In this document: positions 41,092 to 51,915 of the stretch, one piece after another
Numbering within the stretch: the first letter of the stretch is position 1
Layout of the letters: each line of letters begins with the position of its first letter
Assembly (NCBI GenBank): GCA_965226485.1
Contig: OZ245363.1
Span: 2,170,817-2,234,816 of the forward strand
Direction: 5' to 3'
Source of the DNA: Spirochaetaceae bacterium
GTDB lineage: Bacteria > Spirochaetota > Spirochaetia > DSM-2461
Length of the DNA stretch: 64,000 bases
Program-made: the position numbers and the translations under genes
Notes under the pieces: generated by a model
Told to the model about the DNA's origin: nothing
Seen by the model: only the letters and a program-made list of their open reading frames with translations
The model's database searches: none

Positions 41092-42915
41092 CTACTCCAC
41101 CGTAACGGATTTTGCCAGATTGCGTGGCTGATCAACATCCCGGCCCAGTGCCAACGCACTGTAGTATGAGAAAAGCTGCAAGGGCACCATCATCAGGAAC
41201 GGGGCGAAGAATTCATGAATCTTTGGAACGAACAGTACTTCGTCGGCGATTGCTGCTACTTCTTCATCTCCCTCGGTGCAGAGGGCGATAACAGGGCCCT
41301 TGCGGGATTTGATTTCCTTCATGTTGGAGATGATTTTTTTTCGAAGGTGATCATTTGTGATGATGAATAGGCTGGGGGTGCGTTCGTTGACGAGGGCGAT
41401 GGGGCCGTGTTTTATTTCTGCGGCACTATAGCCTTCGGCATGAATGTAGGCGATCTCTTTAAGTTTTAGCGCACCTTCCAGTGCCACCGAGAGATTTATA
41501 CCCCGTCCAAGGAAGAGAAAACTGTCTGCTTTGTGATATTTCTGAGCGAGTGCCTTGATGCTGTCTGTTTGAGCAAGGATTTGAAGCATCAGTTCCGGTA
41601 ATACCTTCAGGTTGTCGATGAAGCGTTGGCCGTCTTCCTCCGGCATGTGTCGTATCCGTGCCATTTTAAATATGAGCAGATACATGACGGCAAGCTGGCT
41701 GGTGAAGGCCTTGGTTGAGGCCACGGCTATCTCCGGGCCTGAGTGGATGTACACTCCCCCATCGGTTTCCCGCGCTATTGTCGAGCCCACAACATTGCAG
41801 ATGCCGAGCACTCTTGCCCCCTTTCGTTTGAGTTCCCTGACTGCCATGAGGGTATCCAGGGTCTCTCCTGATTGGCTGACCGCAAGATACAGGGTTCCTT
41901 CCTCGACAAGGGGATTGCGATAACGTAACTCCGAAGCCAATTCCGCCACAGCCGGAACACGAGCCAGATATTCCATCAGATATGCTACTACCCGACCGGC
42001 GTAAAAACTGGTGCCGGCGGCGAAAATCACCACCCTTTTGATCCCGAGTAGGTCCTGTTCATTCATATTCAAGCCGCCGAGCATAGCCGTATGCTGGACT
42101 TCATCGATACGTCCGCCGATGGCACGGGCAATTGATTGAGGCTGCTCATATATTTCTTTGAGCATATAATGAGGATATTGCCCCTTTGAAAACTCGTTGA
42201 GTTCCCAGGATATGCGGGTTATCTCCTTGTCTACCGGCTGGTCATGGAGATCGGTAACCGAGTAGTCATGGGCATTAATTTTTATGACATCGCCGTCCTC
42301 AAAGTAGACGACCTGTTTTGTATGGGCAATCATGGCACTCACGTCACTGACAAGGAACATCTCATCATTGCCTATCCCTAGGGCTAGTGGTGAGCCGTTT
42401 CTCGCCCCCACAATCTCATTCGGATGATCCGCATGCATCGCCAGGATGCCATATGTCCCTTGGAGGAAGGTAAGGGCCTTTTTCACTGCATACTCAAGAT
42501 TCCCGTTATAAAAGGATTCAATGAGATGCGCAATGACTTCGGAATCGGTATCCGAGACAAAATTATGTCCTGTTTCTTGGAGCTTGCTTTTTAACTCTTC
42601 GCAGTTTTCGATGATTCCATTGTGACAAATAGCGATTTTACCGCTACAGTCGGTATGTGGATGGGCATTGCAGTCATTCGCGCTTCCATGAGTAGCCCAA
42701 CGGGTATGCCCGATACCCCAATTCCCTGAAACGGTTTCAGGCAGGATTTCCCTGAGCCGGTGCAGCTTGCCTTCTTTTTTGTAGATGATGAGTCTGTTAT
42801 CTACGCCTAGGCATATCCCTGCAGAGTCGTATCCGCGATACTCCAGCCTCTTCAACCCGGCTAATAGGATGTCCGGGGTGTGTTTTGGGCCGCAATAACC
42901 AATAATTCCACACAT
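41092..42915 (-). CDS. glmS: Glutamine--fructose-6-phosphate aminotransferase
   Basis: MCGIIG, GHTRWATHG, VASTKAF, PRNLAKSVTVE. Confidence 0.98.
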   Translation of the reverse strand: MCGIIGYCGPKHTPDILLAGLKRLEYRGYDSAGICLGVDNRLIIYKKEGKLHRLREILPETVSGNWGIGHTRWATHGSANDCNAHPHTDCSGKIAICHNGIIENCEELKSKLQETGHNFVSDTDSEVIAHLIESFYNGNLEYAVKKALTFLQGTYGILAMHADHPNEIVGARNGSPLALGIGNDEMFLVSDVSAMIAHTKQVVYFEDGDVIKINAHDYSVTDLHDQPVDKEITRISWELNEFSKGQYPHYMLKEIYEQPQSIARAIGGRIDEVQHTAMLGGLNMNEQDLLGIKRVVIFAAGTSFYAGRVVAYLMEYLARVPAVAELASELRYRNPLVEEGTLYLAVSQSGETLDTLMAVRELKRKGARVLGICNVVGSTIARETDGGVYIHSGPEIAVASTKAFTSQLAVMYLLIFKMARIRHMPEEDGQRFIDNLKVLPELMLQILAQTDSIKALAQKYHKADSFLFLGRGINLSVALEGALKLKEIAYIHAEGYSAAEIKHGPIALVNERTPSLFIITNDHLRKKIISNMKEIKSRKGPVIALCTEGDEEVAAIADEVLFVPKIHEFFAPFLMMVPLQLFSYYSALALGRDVDQPRNLAKSVTVE

Positions 42916-42964
42916 TTTTATTCCTTTTTAATAGAAATGGCAATTGTCTTGAGTCCTATTATAT

Positions 42965-44005
42965 ATGAACACCATTCATTTTCTAAGGCGTAATGCGGGC
43001 TATTTTGTGGTATTGCTACTGGCAATTTTCTTTTCTTGTGCACCAAATGCCTATATTGAAGGTCCGCCTTACAAGATTGATATTCAGCCTCCAGTGATTC
43101 AATCAGCTGAAGTGTTGGATAATCAAACTATCGAAATGAGATTCGATGAACAGATTAGTTCCGCTATCGAGAATATCGAAATCGAACCGGAATTGGGTAT
43201 TGCGTCTGTCGAATCTGACGAGAAGCGGCTCATCGTTCGGTTTTCGAGTAGCCAGGGAATCGGGGTATCCTATACGATGAGAACTGAGGTAGAAGACCTA
43301 AAAGGCAATTCTCTCTCCTTTCTCTATCAGTTTTCAGGATGGAATCCTCACGTTCCCGAACTACTCATAAACGAAATCAATCCCAGAGGGTCAAAATCTA
43401 CACCCGATTGTGTTGAACTATTCGTACTTACCGACGGGAATCTCGGCGGATTGATGTTTGTTATCGGAACCGAGGGGAATGCCATCGACACATTGGCTTT
43501 CCCCGCTATTGAGATTTCCAAAGGCGACTACATCGTTATTCACACAAAGCCCGAGGGTCTTCCTGAAGAAGTTGATGAACTGGAGGAGGTAAACACTTCA
43601 GGAGGCCGCTTAGCCCTGGAGACAGCCCGCGATTTTTGGATGAGGGATGCGCCTGGTTTGCCGAGCAATAATGGTGCGGTCACTCTATACAAGCGCAAGG
43701 GTGGAGCTATTATCGATGCAGTAATCTGGTCGGACAGAGATGATGTGCCAGGTGAGGATGACCTTGGGTGGACCTCAACATCCTTCCCCTGGGTGCAGGA
43801 AATCGGCTTGCAAGGAGAGTGGCTAGCAGACGGAGACATTCCTCTGCCGTCCGAAACACTGCCTGTCGGCAGTTCTACAGCCACTCGTTCCCTATGTCGT
43901 GGTTCTATTCCCCACGATAGTAATGCGCCTGATGATTGGCACACAGTTCCTACGCGAGGGCAAACATTCGGTATGATCAACATCGATGAGGTGCATGAGC
44001 CATAG
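42965..44005 (+). CDS. Lipoprotein with Ig-like and lamin-tail-like domains
   Basis: Lipobox IFFS-C; LLINEINP..DCVELF, GDYIVIH, LPSNNGAVTLY. Confidence 0.7.
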   Translation: MNTIHFLRRNAGYFVVLLLAIFFSCAPNAYIEGPPYKIDIQPPVIQSAEVLDNQTIEMRFDEQISSAIENIEIEPELGIASVESDEKRLIVRFSSSQGIGVSYTMRTEVEDLKGNSLSFLYQFSGWNPHVPELLINEINPRGSKSTPDCVELFVLTDGNLGGLMFVIGTEGNAIDTLAFPAIEISKGDYIVIHTKPEGLPEEVDELEEVNTSGGRLALETARDFWMRDAPGLPSNNGAVTLYKRKGGAIIDAVIWSDRDDVPGEDDLGWTSTSFPWVQEIGLQGEWLADGDIPLPSETLPVGSSTATRSLCRGSIPHDSNAPDDWHTVPTRGQTFGMINIDEVHEP

Positions 44006-44062
44006 GAGATGTCGGACTTTGCCCAGCTGGGGGGGGGCCCTTTTTTCTCTCTCGGGGGAGGG

Positions 44063-44101
44063 GCAGAATCCAGGGGGAGGGTCAGAATGATGGATTCGGT
44101 T
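44063..44101 (-). mobile_element. MITE family partial copy
   Basis: CAGAATCCAGGGGGAGGGTCAGAATGATGGATT matches the doubled end of other copies. Confidence 0.6.
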
Positions 44102-44154
44102 CTGCTCGCCGGACTGGGTTTTATTCCACCAGGTTTTGCGGTGAAGAATTTAGA

Positions 44155-44964
44155 TTAAGTCTGGCATTGTTGTAAGAAAAGGCTATTGGGGAAAATTTTT
44201 TGTGCCTCTTCACAGAAGTGTGCGGATTTATCTTTGTTTTTTAGTTTCCTATGTGCTTGAACTAGGCTCAAATAAGCCCTGAACCGTTCGATATCACTCA
44301 AATCTGGGCGGGAAATCAATTCAGTTAGCCGCCTTACAGCTTCCTGAGGGTTTCCGCCGGATGCCTTAGGAGCATGTATCTGTCCTTGTGAGCTGATAAT
44401 CACGGATAAGGCATTTTCGGGGTTTATGGCGATGGCCTTATTCGACCATTCCTTAACATTTGGAGCCATCTTTATTATACCGCCCAGGCCCTTAGTGGCC
44501 ATCCAGGCAGAGCCCGCATCGGCGAGAACCCTGTATCCGTCGGCACTTTCGTAAAGGTCCAGGGATTGCTGGACCAGTTCCATGGATTTCTCGAAATGAA
44601 CTCGTGCGCGAGCTTTATCCTTGGCGCGAATTCTTGAGGGAGCCAATAAAACCGCCCTGCCCCGGGATAGTTCGATTTGTGACAGTAAGTAGCTTCGCGC
44701 TGCAACATCTTCGATGGCATTGAAGTCGGTCTCAACCTGGTCAAGAAGAGACATGGTTCTCTCGAGTTGAATCCGCTTGGCCCACAACTCAACGGCGACT
44801 TGCAGAAACAAGTCCATCCCCCTGTCCTTGAATTTCCGATCTTGATCACTGAAGTCCTGAAAAGGAGTGTCGTCAGCGAACACTCCATGAATTGGGTAGA
44901 GTAGGGCGAAAATAAATAGGGTCGTGGCAAAGATGCGAATAGCATTTCTTTTATGATATGGCAT
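44155..44964 (-). CDS. Exported TPR-like protein
   Basis: Signal peptide; helical repeats (AIAINPENA); overlaps the RND permease stop. Confidence 0.75.
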   Translation of the reverse strand: MPYHKRNAIRIFATTLFIFALLYPIHGVFADDTPFQDFSDQDRKFKDRGMDLFLQVAVELWAKRIQLERTMSLLDQVETDFNAIEDVAARSYLLSQIELSRGRAVLLAPSRIRAKDKARARVHFEKSMELVQQSLDLYESADGYRVLADAGSAWMATKGLGGIIKMAPNVKEWSNKAIAINPENALSVIISSQGQIHAPKASGGNPQEAVRRLTELISRPDLSDIERFRAYLSLVQAHRKLKNKDKSAHFCEEAQKIFPNSLFLQQCQT

Positions 44965-47900
44965 CGACAATCAGAACCTCCTTCTTCTTCTTAGGCTTTC
45001 TGTCAAATAGAACTCCGTAGAATGCGGGTATAAACACAAGGGTGGCTAGCGTGGAGAATAGCAATCCGAAGATGATAGTCCCGGCCATTGGTCCCCAAAC
45101 AACGGATTCGCCGCCAAGACCAAGTGCCGTTGGGGTAAGCCCAGCAATAGTTGTGAGGCTGGTCAATAAGATGGGCCGCAGTCTTGTCTCTGAAGCCGTC
45201 AGCACGGCATCCGTTATGGCATCACCATTTTTGCGCCGTTCGTTGATGAAGCTGATCAGGACAATGGCATCGTTGACCGCTATACCGGCCAGGGCTACAC
45301 CCGCATAGATGACGGGGATGCTAAACATTGTGTTCGTCGTTATCAGGAAAATCAGCACACCGGAGAATGCGAGGGGCACCGAAAACAGAATAAGAAAAGG
45401 CTGGCTATAACTCTTGAACTGGGTGCCGAGAATTATGTATATCAGGAAGACCCCGATAAGGAATATCCTTAGAATCTGGGTGAGCAGATTATTGAACTCG
45501 GCGAATTCACCGCCGATGGAAAACTCCACATTTGGATAACGGTTAGCGAATTCGGCTTCATACATCGCCTTTATCCGTGCATTGATGGCCGAAATGCTTT
45601 CCTTTGTGTAAGTGTCGGCCGTTACCGTTACTTCCCGTCGGCCTTCATAGCGTTTTATAGCCGCAAGAGAGTCTCCGCTTTCAATGCCCGCAACAGAGGA
45701 AAACGGAATTGAAATTCCCGCTGGAGTTGGTATGCGCAACTGGCTCAATATGCCGGGGTTGAATTTCTCCGAGTCGGAGAATCGCACCACGACATCCAGT
45801 GTTTCATTATTTTTGAAAAATGTCGTGGCTTCAATTCCTTCCACTGAGGCCCTGAGATAGCTTCCTATTGATGATACAGACAAGCCATAGGATGAGGCTC
45901 TTTCTTCATTAATCCGGACTACCAGCTCCGGTGTTCCGGGTTCGTAGTTATCCTCAATATTGAAGACCACTTCCTCATTTGCCAGTTCGCTACGTATGCG
46001 ATCGGATATAATTAAGAGTTCGGAATAGCTATCACCGAAGATCCTGAACGAGAACGGAGGATCAGTGGGTGGCCCGCTAATCGCCTTCCTGAATAGTATT
46101 TTGTCAGGACCAGGGATGTCTTCTGTCATTTTTCTCGTTTCAGCCATGATGGCGGTAATTGACCGTTCACGGCCCTCCGCATTTTCGGTGAGGTCGACAA
46201 CGATTTGAGCCACGGCGGAGCCTTCTGAATTGCCGGTTTGGCCGGAGAGGAATCCAACGGAGGTGTTGACGGCACTTACCTCCCCGTTGCCGACTAAAGG
46301 GATGAGTCTCTCTTCGAATTTAGAGGTTATTTGATCGGTTCGGTCCATGGGCGTTCCGGGGGGCATCGTGATATCTATGTAGAACACAGTGTTATCCTCT
46401 CCACTGAAGAGGTCTTGTTGAAGAAATGGAATCAGCCCGAAGGAAGCAACCATGAAGAGGAGGGTAAAGGCTACCGTCAGTCTCCTTCTTTTATATGTGA
46501 TTCCCGAAAAACGTCGAAATGCCTTGCGAAATATGTTGAATATTCGCTCTGGTTTCTTCTTTCTCTTACCGATCGGCCAATCTGAGTAGTGAGACGGGAG
46601 AAACACCAGGGCTTCGGCGGTGGAAGCCACCAATGCGATAGTTACGGTGAGAGGTATGACTCTCAAAAATTTCCCCATGGTTCCAGGTACTATCATCAGA
46701 GGAAGAAAGGCGGCCACCGTAGTCGCCGTGGCCGCAATAACGGGAATGGCCACCTGGTTTGTTCCCTTAACTGCCGCATCATGGAGATTAAGACCCTGCT
46801 GGCGGTAGCGGAAACAATTCTCGGTGATGACGATGGCGTGATCTACGATGAGCCCTAGAACGAGAACCATGCCGAAGAGGGTGTTCGTATTGAAAGTTTG
46901 ACCCGTGGCTTCGAGAAGTATGAACGTAATGGCAAAAGTAACCGGTATGCCTAATGCCGTTATCAGCGCATTCCTAAGGCCAATAAACAGGTAGAGTATG
47001 ACAATCAGGAAAATTAGACCGAAAACAGCATTGTTCAGAAGTATGCGAATACTGGATTGTATTGGATAGGAAGAGTCGTTGAGATAGCTTATTTCTATGT
47101 CGTCAGAGATTCTATCATCCCATTCCTCCTTCACTTTTTTGACTTCTTTGATGATGCGGATTGAATTGCCCTTGGGAACCTTTGTAATCCGAATGGTGAT
47201 GGCGGTTTCTCCATCAAGACGCACCCTTTGTCCATCCTTGTCGTATTCCTCGACTATTTGGGCTACATCCCGAACCCGGATGAGTCCGGAGGCCTCTGTA
47301 GCCTGGCGGATTACAACCTCGCCAAAGGCTGTAATATCATCGACTTCCCCCACCGTGCGTACAAGGTAGTTTCTCGTATCGGTATTCAAGGTTCCACCGG
47401 GGACATTCACATTTCGCGACTGCACCGCCCGCACGAGTTCGTCCAAAGATATGCCGCGAGCCTCAATATCCGCTCGGTCCGTGGAAAGAATTATCTGTCT
47501 ATCACGGTCTCCGATGATGGTTACACCCTGAACCTCTCTTATCCTGCGCAATGGATCGACCAGGCGTTCAGCCGATTTAACTAACTCATCATATCCGACA
47601 TCCCCTGAGAGAATAATTTCGATAACAGGAGCAAAATCGTTGGAGGAAAATGTATTTACGGATGGATTCAAGGTATTTTCCGGTAAATCAACTTTGGAGA
47701 ATCTGGTGTTTACATCGGTATAGAGTTTGTCGAACTTGTCCTGATTGATTCCATCATCAAAACGAATGTTGACTATTCCCACCCCCTCGGAACTTAAGGA
47801 ACTAACAGCGTCCAGTTCATCCAGCCCCTGCATTTCTTCTTCAATTGGAATGACAACCTGTTGTTCAATTTCTTCGGCGGATACACCGGGCCAGGGAACC

Positions 47901-48043
47901 ATTATATTGACGAAGTAAAACGGAACCTCGGAAAACTGCTCCTTGGGCATGCGGTAGAGCGTCAGGGAGCCAATAACGAGTATGGCTATCATGAGGATGT
48001 TTACAAAAACGGGGTTTGCAACCGAGAATTGACCTATTCTCAT
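44951..48043 (-). CDS. RND efflux permease (AcrB/CzcA family)
   Basis: 1030 aa; LGLIVDHAIV, GIAVNDAIVL, RLRPILLTSLTT. Confidence 0.95.
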   Translation of the reverse strand: MRIGQFSVANPVFVNILMIAILVIGSLTLYRMPKEQFSEVPFYFVNIMVPWPGVSAEEIEQQVVIPIEEEMQGLDELDAVSSLSSEGVGIVNIRFDDGINQDKFDKLYTDVNTRFSKVDLPENTLNPSVNTFSSNDFAPVIEIILSGDVGYDELVKSAERLVDPLRRIREVQGVTIIGDRDRQIILSTDRADIEARGISLDELVRAVQSRNVNVPGGTLNTDTRNYLVRTVGEVDDITAFGEVVIRQATEASGLIRVRDVAQIVEEYDKDGQRVRLDGETAITIRITKVPKGNSIRIIKEVKKVKEEWDDRISDDIEISYLNDSSYPIQSSIRILLNNAVFGLIFLIVILYLFIGLRNALITALGIPVTFAITFILLEATGQTFNTNTLFGMVLVLGLIVDHAIVITENCFRYRQQGLNLHDAAVKGTNQVAIPVIAATATTVAAFLPLMIVPGTMGKFLRVIPLTVTIALVASTAEALVFLPSHYSDWPIGKRKKKPERIFNIFRKAFRRFSGITYKRRRLTVAFTLLFMVASFGLIPFLQQDLFSGEDNTVFYIDITMPPGTPMDRTDQITSKFEERLIPLVGNGEVSAVNTSVGFLSGQTGNSEGSAVAQIVVDLTENAEGRERSITAIMAETRKMTEDIPGPDKILFRKAISGPPTDPPFSFRIFGDSYSELLIISDRIRSELANEEVVFNIEDNYEPGTPELVVRINEERASSYGLSVSSIGSYLRASVEGIEATTFFKNNETLDVVVRFSDSEKFNPGILSQLRIPTPAGISIPFSSVAGIESGDSLAAIKRYEGRREVTVTADTYTKESISAINARIKAMYEAEFANRYPNVEFSIGGEFAEFNNLLTQILRIFLIGVFLIYIILGTQFKSYSQPFLILFSVPLAFSGVLIFLITTNTMFSIPVIYAGVALAGIAVNDAIVLISFINERRKNGDAITDAVLTASETRLRPILLTSLTTIAGLTPTALGLGGESVVWGPMAGTIIFGLLFSTLATLVFIPAFYGVLFDRKPKKKKEVLIVDAIS

Positions 48044-49149
48044 CAGTATTCCTCACCATCATTTATAATGGTTGTCGTTATGCCTACTTCAGGGCTTAGA
48101 GATGCAAGACCGCTTGTGATCAATATGTCACCCGATTCCAGGCCAGAGAGAACTTCGATTCGCTCTCCTAACTGGTTTCCCGTATCAATGCGCCGGAGTT
48201 TGGCCGCACCATCCACATCGACATAGACGAATTTCTCACCTCCACGAATGAAAATCGCCGTCACCGGGGCGATTATGTGGTCAATCTCCCCCATGGCTTC
48301 AATCGCCACATCAACGGACATACCGGATTTGAGTCTATCATTCTCAAGTGGCTTCCAGTTCACGATGACCGTAAAACTTCCCGTGCTGTCGTCACTGCCG
48401 GCGGATACGGCACTCACCCATCCGGTGCGGGGAAGTCCATCATTGCCTGTTATTTTAACCCTTGCATTTTCCCGAACCAATAGTATTTGCCCTTCCCCAA
48501 TGCTTACTTCAGCCTGATATGCCGAGTAATCGACGACGCGGGCAATACGGGTACCTCGGGAAACATAGTTGCCGACTCCTAGTCCCCGGCCCTTAGCGGC
48601 GATGGCCCCGGAAAAAGGGGCCTTTATGAATGTGTTCTCATAGGCATCTTTTGCCGTAGAGAGGGCCGTCTTAGCGGTGAGAAAGCGACTGTAGGTTTGG
48701 CTAAATTGGAGTTCGGAGATGCTGTTCTTATCCTTAGAACGCTTGGCAGCCTCATACTCCAGTAATACCGTTTGAAATTGCCCCTCCGCAGACTCCTGAT
48801 TTTGGGCCGCCAAGGTGTTTTCTATGATTAAAAGAACATCTCCTTCCCGCACATTGTTGCCGAGGCGAAAATGCAACTCCTGTATGAGGCCTTCGGTTTC
48901 ACAGATTATCCATGCTTCTCTAATTCCTTCTACCACGCCCGCACTACGAATTTCCTCTACGAGAAAACCGCTAGCGACTATAACTCCCTCAACGGCGATA
49001 TTCCTTGGTTCCTGGCCCACGGCTTTTGGTGTCGCTCCTGCCTTGCTGTCGGGCTTTCTTGAACAGGCAGTCATTGACAGGGCAAGAACTGCGGTAAATG
49101 CGAAGATTGTGATTTTTCTTATATTGATCATATGGTTATTTATACTCAT
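48043..49149 (-). CDS. RND membrane-fusion (periplasmic adaptor) protein
   Basis: Lipobox MTA-C; lipoyl half motifs, IKAPFSG, LKSGMSV. Confidence 0.9.
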   Translation of the reverse strand: MSINNHMINIRKITIFAFTAVLALSMTACSRKPDSKAGATPKAVGQEPRNIAVEGVIVASGFLVEEIRSAGVVEGIREAWIICETEGLIQELHFRLGNNVREGDVLLIIENTLAAQNQESAEGQFQTVLLEYEAAKRSKDKNSISELQFSQTYSRFLTAKTALSTAKDAYENTFIKAPFSGAIAAKGRGLGVGNYVSRGTRIARVVDYSAYQAEVSIGEGQILLVRENARVKITGNDGLPRTGWVSAVSAGSDDSTGSFTVIVNWKPLENDRLKSGMSVDVAIEAMGEIDHIIAPVTAIFIRGGEKFVYVDVDGAAKLRRIDTGNQLGERIEVLSGLESGDILITSGLASLSPEVGITTTIINDGEEY

Positions 49150-49242
49150 TAAGAAAACTCTGTCAAATGGAGTTGTGAATCTACCAGGCTAAAGGGCATC
49201 TCTAGGAAAGCCATTTCGTTCATCACTTGGAAAGGACTGAGC

Positions 49243-50898
49243 CTATGGGGTATTTTGAGACAGGGGGGAAAACTCTTTGAACGTCGCTTTGAACGCCGTA
49301 TGGAGAAGTTGCTGAGTATATGGATGCTCTGGATGATTGAGGAGCCGCTCCGTTACACCAGCTTCGACGATTTTACCATTTTTCATCACGGCGATAGCAT
49401 GGCAGAGATTGCGTATCAAAGCCATATCATGACTTATGAATATGTAGGTAAGGTTATGGTGGCTTTGAATGTCTTTAAGGAGTTGAACAACCTGAAACTG
49501 AATGGTTCTGTCAAGAGACGAGGTGGGCTCGTCCAGGATGAGCAGCCGAGGCTTGAGAATCAGTGCCCTTGCGAGTGCAATGCGTTGCCGCTGTCCGCCG
49601 GAGAATTGATGTGGATAGCGGTCACGAAGATCAGGGTCTAGCCCTACCTCTTCCATGGCTACCTGGATAAGGTTTTTCCTCTCCGATTTGCCGACAATTT
49701 CATGTATCTCAAGACCCTCTCCTATGATGCGCTCAATGGTCATTCTCGGACTCAACGAACCGAAGGGGTCCTGGAATACAATCTGTATCTGCCGCCGAAA
49801 TGGGCGCATCTCCTTGCGATTCAATCCTGAAATGGACTTGCCATCAAACAGGATGCTCCCCTGACTGTTTTCGAGGCGCAAAAGAGCCTTGCCCAAGGTG
49901 GTTTTTCCAGACCCACTCTCTCCAACTATTCCCAGGGTCTGCCCTTCTCTCACCTGTGCACTAACGCCATCGACGGCTTTTATGTGACCGACGACATGAC
50001 GGAAAAGGCCTCGCTGAACGGGAAAATGCACCTTAAGATCGGAGAACTCTATCAGGAAAGGCCGACTCTCATCGGATACGGGATATTCTTCATTGGGCTC
50101 GGCATTCAAAAGCATACGGGTGTATTCGTGCGTTGGATGAGCGAATACGTCTTCTGTGGCACCAGTCTCGACAATAAAGCCATCCTGCATCACCGCTATC
50201 TGTCCGGCGAAATGTTTCACTATGCCCAGATCGTGAGTAATGAATAAAACGGCCATGCCTGTTTCAATCCGTAACCGATTTATCAGCGCAAGCACCTCGG
50301 CCTGCACGGTAACATCCAATGCGGTGCTAGGTTCGTCCGCAATGAGTAGGCGGGGACCGTTCATCATCGCCATGGCAATCATCACACGCTGGCGCTCTCC
50401 GCCGGATAACTGATGAGGATAGGCATTTAGGCGTTCTTCGGCTTTTCGTAAACCAACATGGTTCAGCCATTTCAAAGAAATAGGGGTGGCCTGTTCCGGC
50501 TTGAGGCCCTGATGAAGAAACAAAGACTCATTCAGTTGCATTTTGATACTGTGTAATGGATTGAGAGAGGTGAGCGGTTCCTGGAAAATCATGCCAATCG
50601 CCGACCCCCTCAGACTTCTCATATGGGCCTCATCGGCATCAAGGATGGAAATACCCTCGAAACGAATAGCCCCACCTGTGTAGGCTACCAGAGATTCGGG
50701 CTGAAGCCGCAGAATGGATTGTGCTGTCACGGTTTTCCCCGAACCGCTCTCACCCACCAGGGCCAGGGTTTGGCCCGCGGAAAGGGTTAAATCTACACCA
50801 TGCACAACTTCGTTGATTTTATCGTCCTTCTTGAATCCTATGCGCAAATTGCGAATTTCCAGGAGGTTTCCCGGCTGGGAGCGGCATTGATCGTTCAT
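49243..50898 (-). CDS. yejF: Peptide ABC transporter double ATPase
   Basis: Two GESGSGKT motifs, YPHQLSGG / YPHQFSGG. Confidence 0.85.
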   Translation of the reverse strand: MNDQCRSQPGNLLEIRNLRIGFKKDDKINEVVHGVDLTLSAGQTLALVGESGSGKTVTAQSILRLQPESLVAYTGGAIRFEGISILDADEAHMRSLRGSAIGMIFQEPLTSLNPLHSIKMQLNESLFLHQGLKPEQATPISLKWLNHVGLRKAEERLNAYPHQLSGGERQRVMIAMAMMNGPRLLIADEPSTALDVTVQAEVLALINRLRIETGMAVLFITHDLGIVKHFAGQIAVMQDGFIVETGATEDVFAHPTHEYTRMLLNAEPNEEYPVSDESRPFLIEFSDLKVHFPVQRGLFRHVVGHIKAVDGVSAQVREGQTLGIVGESGSGKTTLGKALLRLENSQGSILFDGKSISGLNRKEMRPFRRQIQIVFQDPFGSLSPRMTIERIIGEGLEIHEIVGKSERKNLIQVAMEEVGLDPDLRDRYPHQFSGGQRQRIALARALILKPRLLILDEPTSSLDRTIQFQVVQLLKDIQSHHNLTYIFISHDMALIRNLCHAIAVMKNGKIVEAGVTERLLNHPEHPYTQQLLHTAFKATFKEFSPLSQNTP

Positions 50899-51914
50899 CA
50901 GGATGCCTTTCGGGGGTCAAAGGCATCCCGCACGGCCTCACCGATGAATACCAGAAGGGTAAGAACGAGTGCCAGAACAAAGAATACCGACAATCCCAGC
51001 CAAGGTGCCTGCAGGTTGGCCTTGGCCTGTGCCAACAGTTCTCCAAGAGAAGGGGACCCGGGAGGCAGTCCGAAACCAAGAAAATCCAGGGCTGTGATGG
51101 AGGTGATGGCACCGCTTAGGGTGAAGGGCATAAAGGTGAGAGTCGCCACCATCGCATTGGGAAGAATGTGGCGGTAAATGATCTTCATATCGGAAAGCCC
51201 CATGGCCTTAGCCGATAGAACGTACTCGAAATTCCTCACGCGCAGGAATTCCGCCCGTACCACGCCGACGAAACTCATCCAACTGAAGAGAAGGAATATG
51301 CCGAGAAGCCACCAGAAATTAGGCTGTACCACGCTGGCAAGGATGATGAGGAGGAAGAGGGTCGGCAGGCTTTTCCACACCTCGACGAACCGCTGCCCTA
51401 AGATATCAAGTTTTCCGCCATAATAGCCCATGAATGCCCCTGCCGATGTGCCAACCAGCGATGATACCAGTGTGAGGGTGAGGCCGAAGAGAACCGAAAC
51501 ACGAAACCCATAGATTATACGCGCCATCACATCTCGCCCCCTGTCATCGGTTCCGAGGGGATTCTCCCTCGTCGGCGGCGATGGTGCGGGGCTGGGCAGG
51601 TTGTAGTTGATTGTTGTATAGCTGAAACGGATGGGGGGCCAGATCATCCAACCATCCTTTTCAATAAGACTCGTCACATACGGATCACGGTAATCAGCGG
51701 TTGTCTCGAACAGACCGCCGAAGGCTGTTTCTGGATAATCTTTGAAGACGGGAAAATAGAGCCGACTCTGGTAGCCGAGGACTATGGGTTTGTCGTTGGC
51801 CAGAAATTCGGCAAAGAGACTGACGAGGAACATTGTTCCGAATACCCAGGCCGATATAAGCCCTAACTTGTTGCGCTTGAATCGCCTTAACCGTTCGGCC
51901 CCGAGTGCATCCAT
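50898..51914 (-). CDS. yejE: Peptide ABC transporter permease
   Basis: SLFAEFLANDKP, LGTDDRGRDV, RDAFDPRK. Confidence 0.88.
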   Translation of the reverse strand: MDALGAERLRRFKRNKLGLISAWVFGTMFLVSLFAEFLANDKPIVLGYQSRLYFPVFKDYPETAFGGLFETTADYRDPYVTSLIEKDGWMIWPPIRFSYTTINYNLPSPAPSPPTRENPLGTDDRGRDVMARIIYGFRVSVLFGLTLTLVSSLVGTSAGAFMGYYGGKLDILGQRFVEVWKSLPTLFLLIILASVVQPNFWWLLGIFLLFSWMSFVGVVRAEFLRVRNFEYVLSAKAMGLSDMKIIYRHILPNAMVATLTFMPFTLSGAITSITALDFLGFGLPPGSPSLGELLAQAKANLQAPWLGLSVFFVLALVLTLLVFIGEAVRDAFDPRKAS

Positions 51915-51915
51915 C

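Noticed and set aside
41055-41092. Tn7 end at attTn7
   Set aside because: No TGT...ACA end, TnsB-site repeats or tns genes
42915-42965. glmS ribozyme
   Set aside because: Only ~50 bp lie before the divergent gene, with no room or motif
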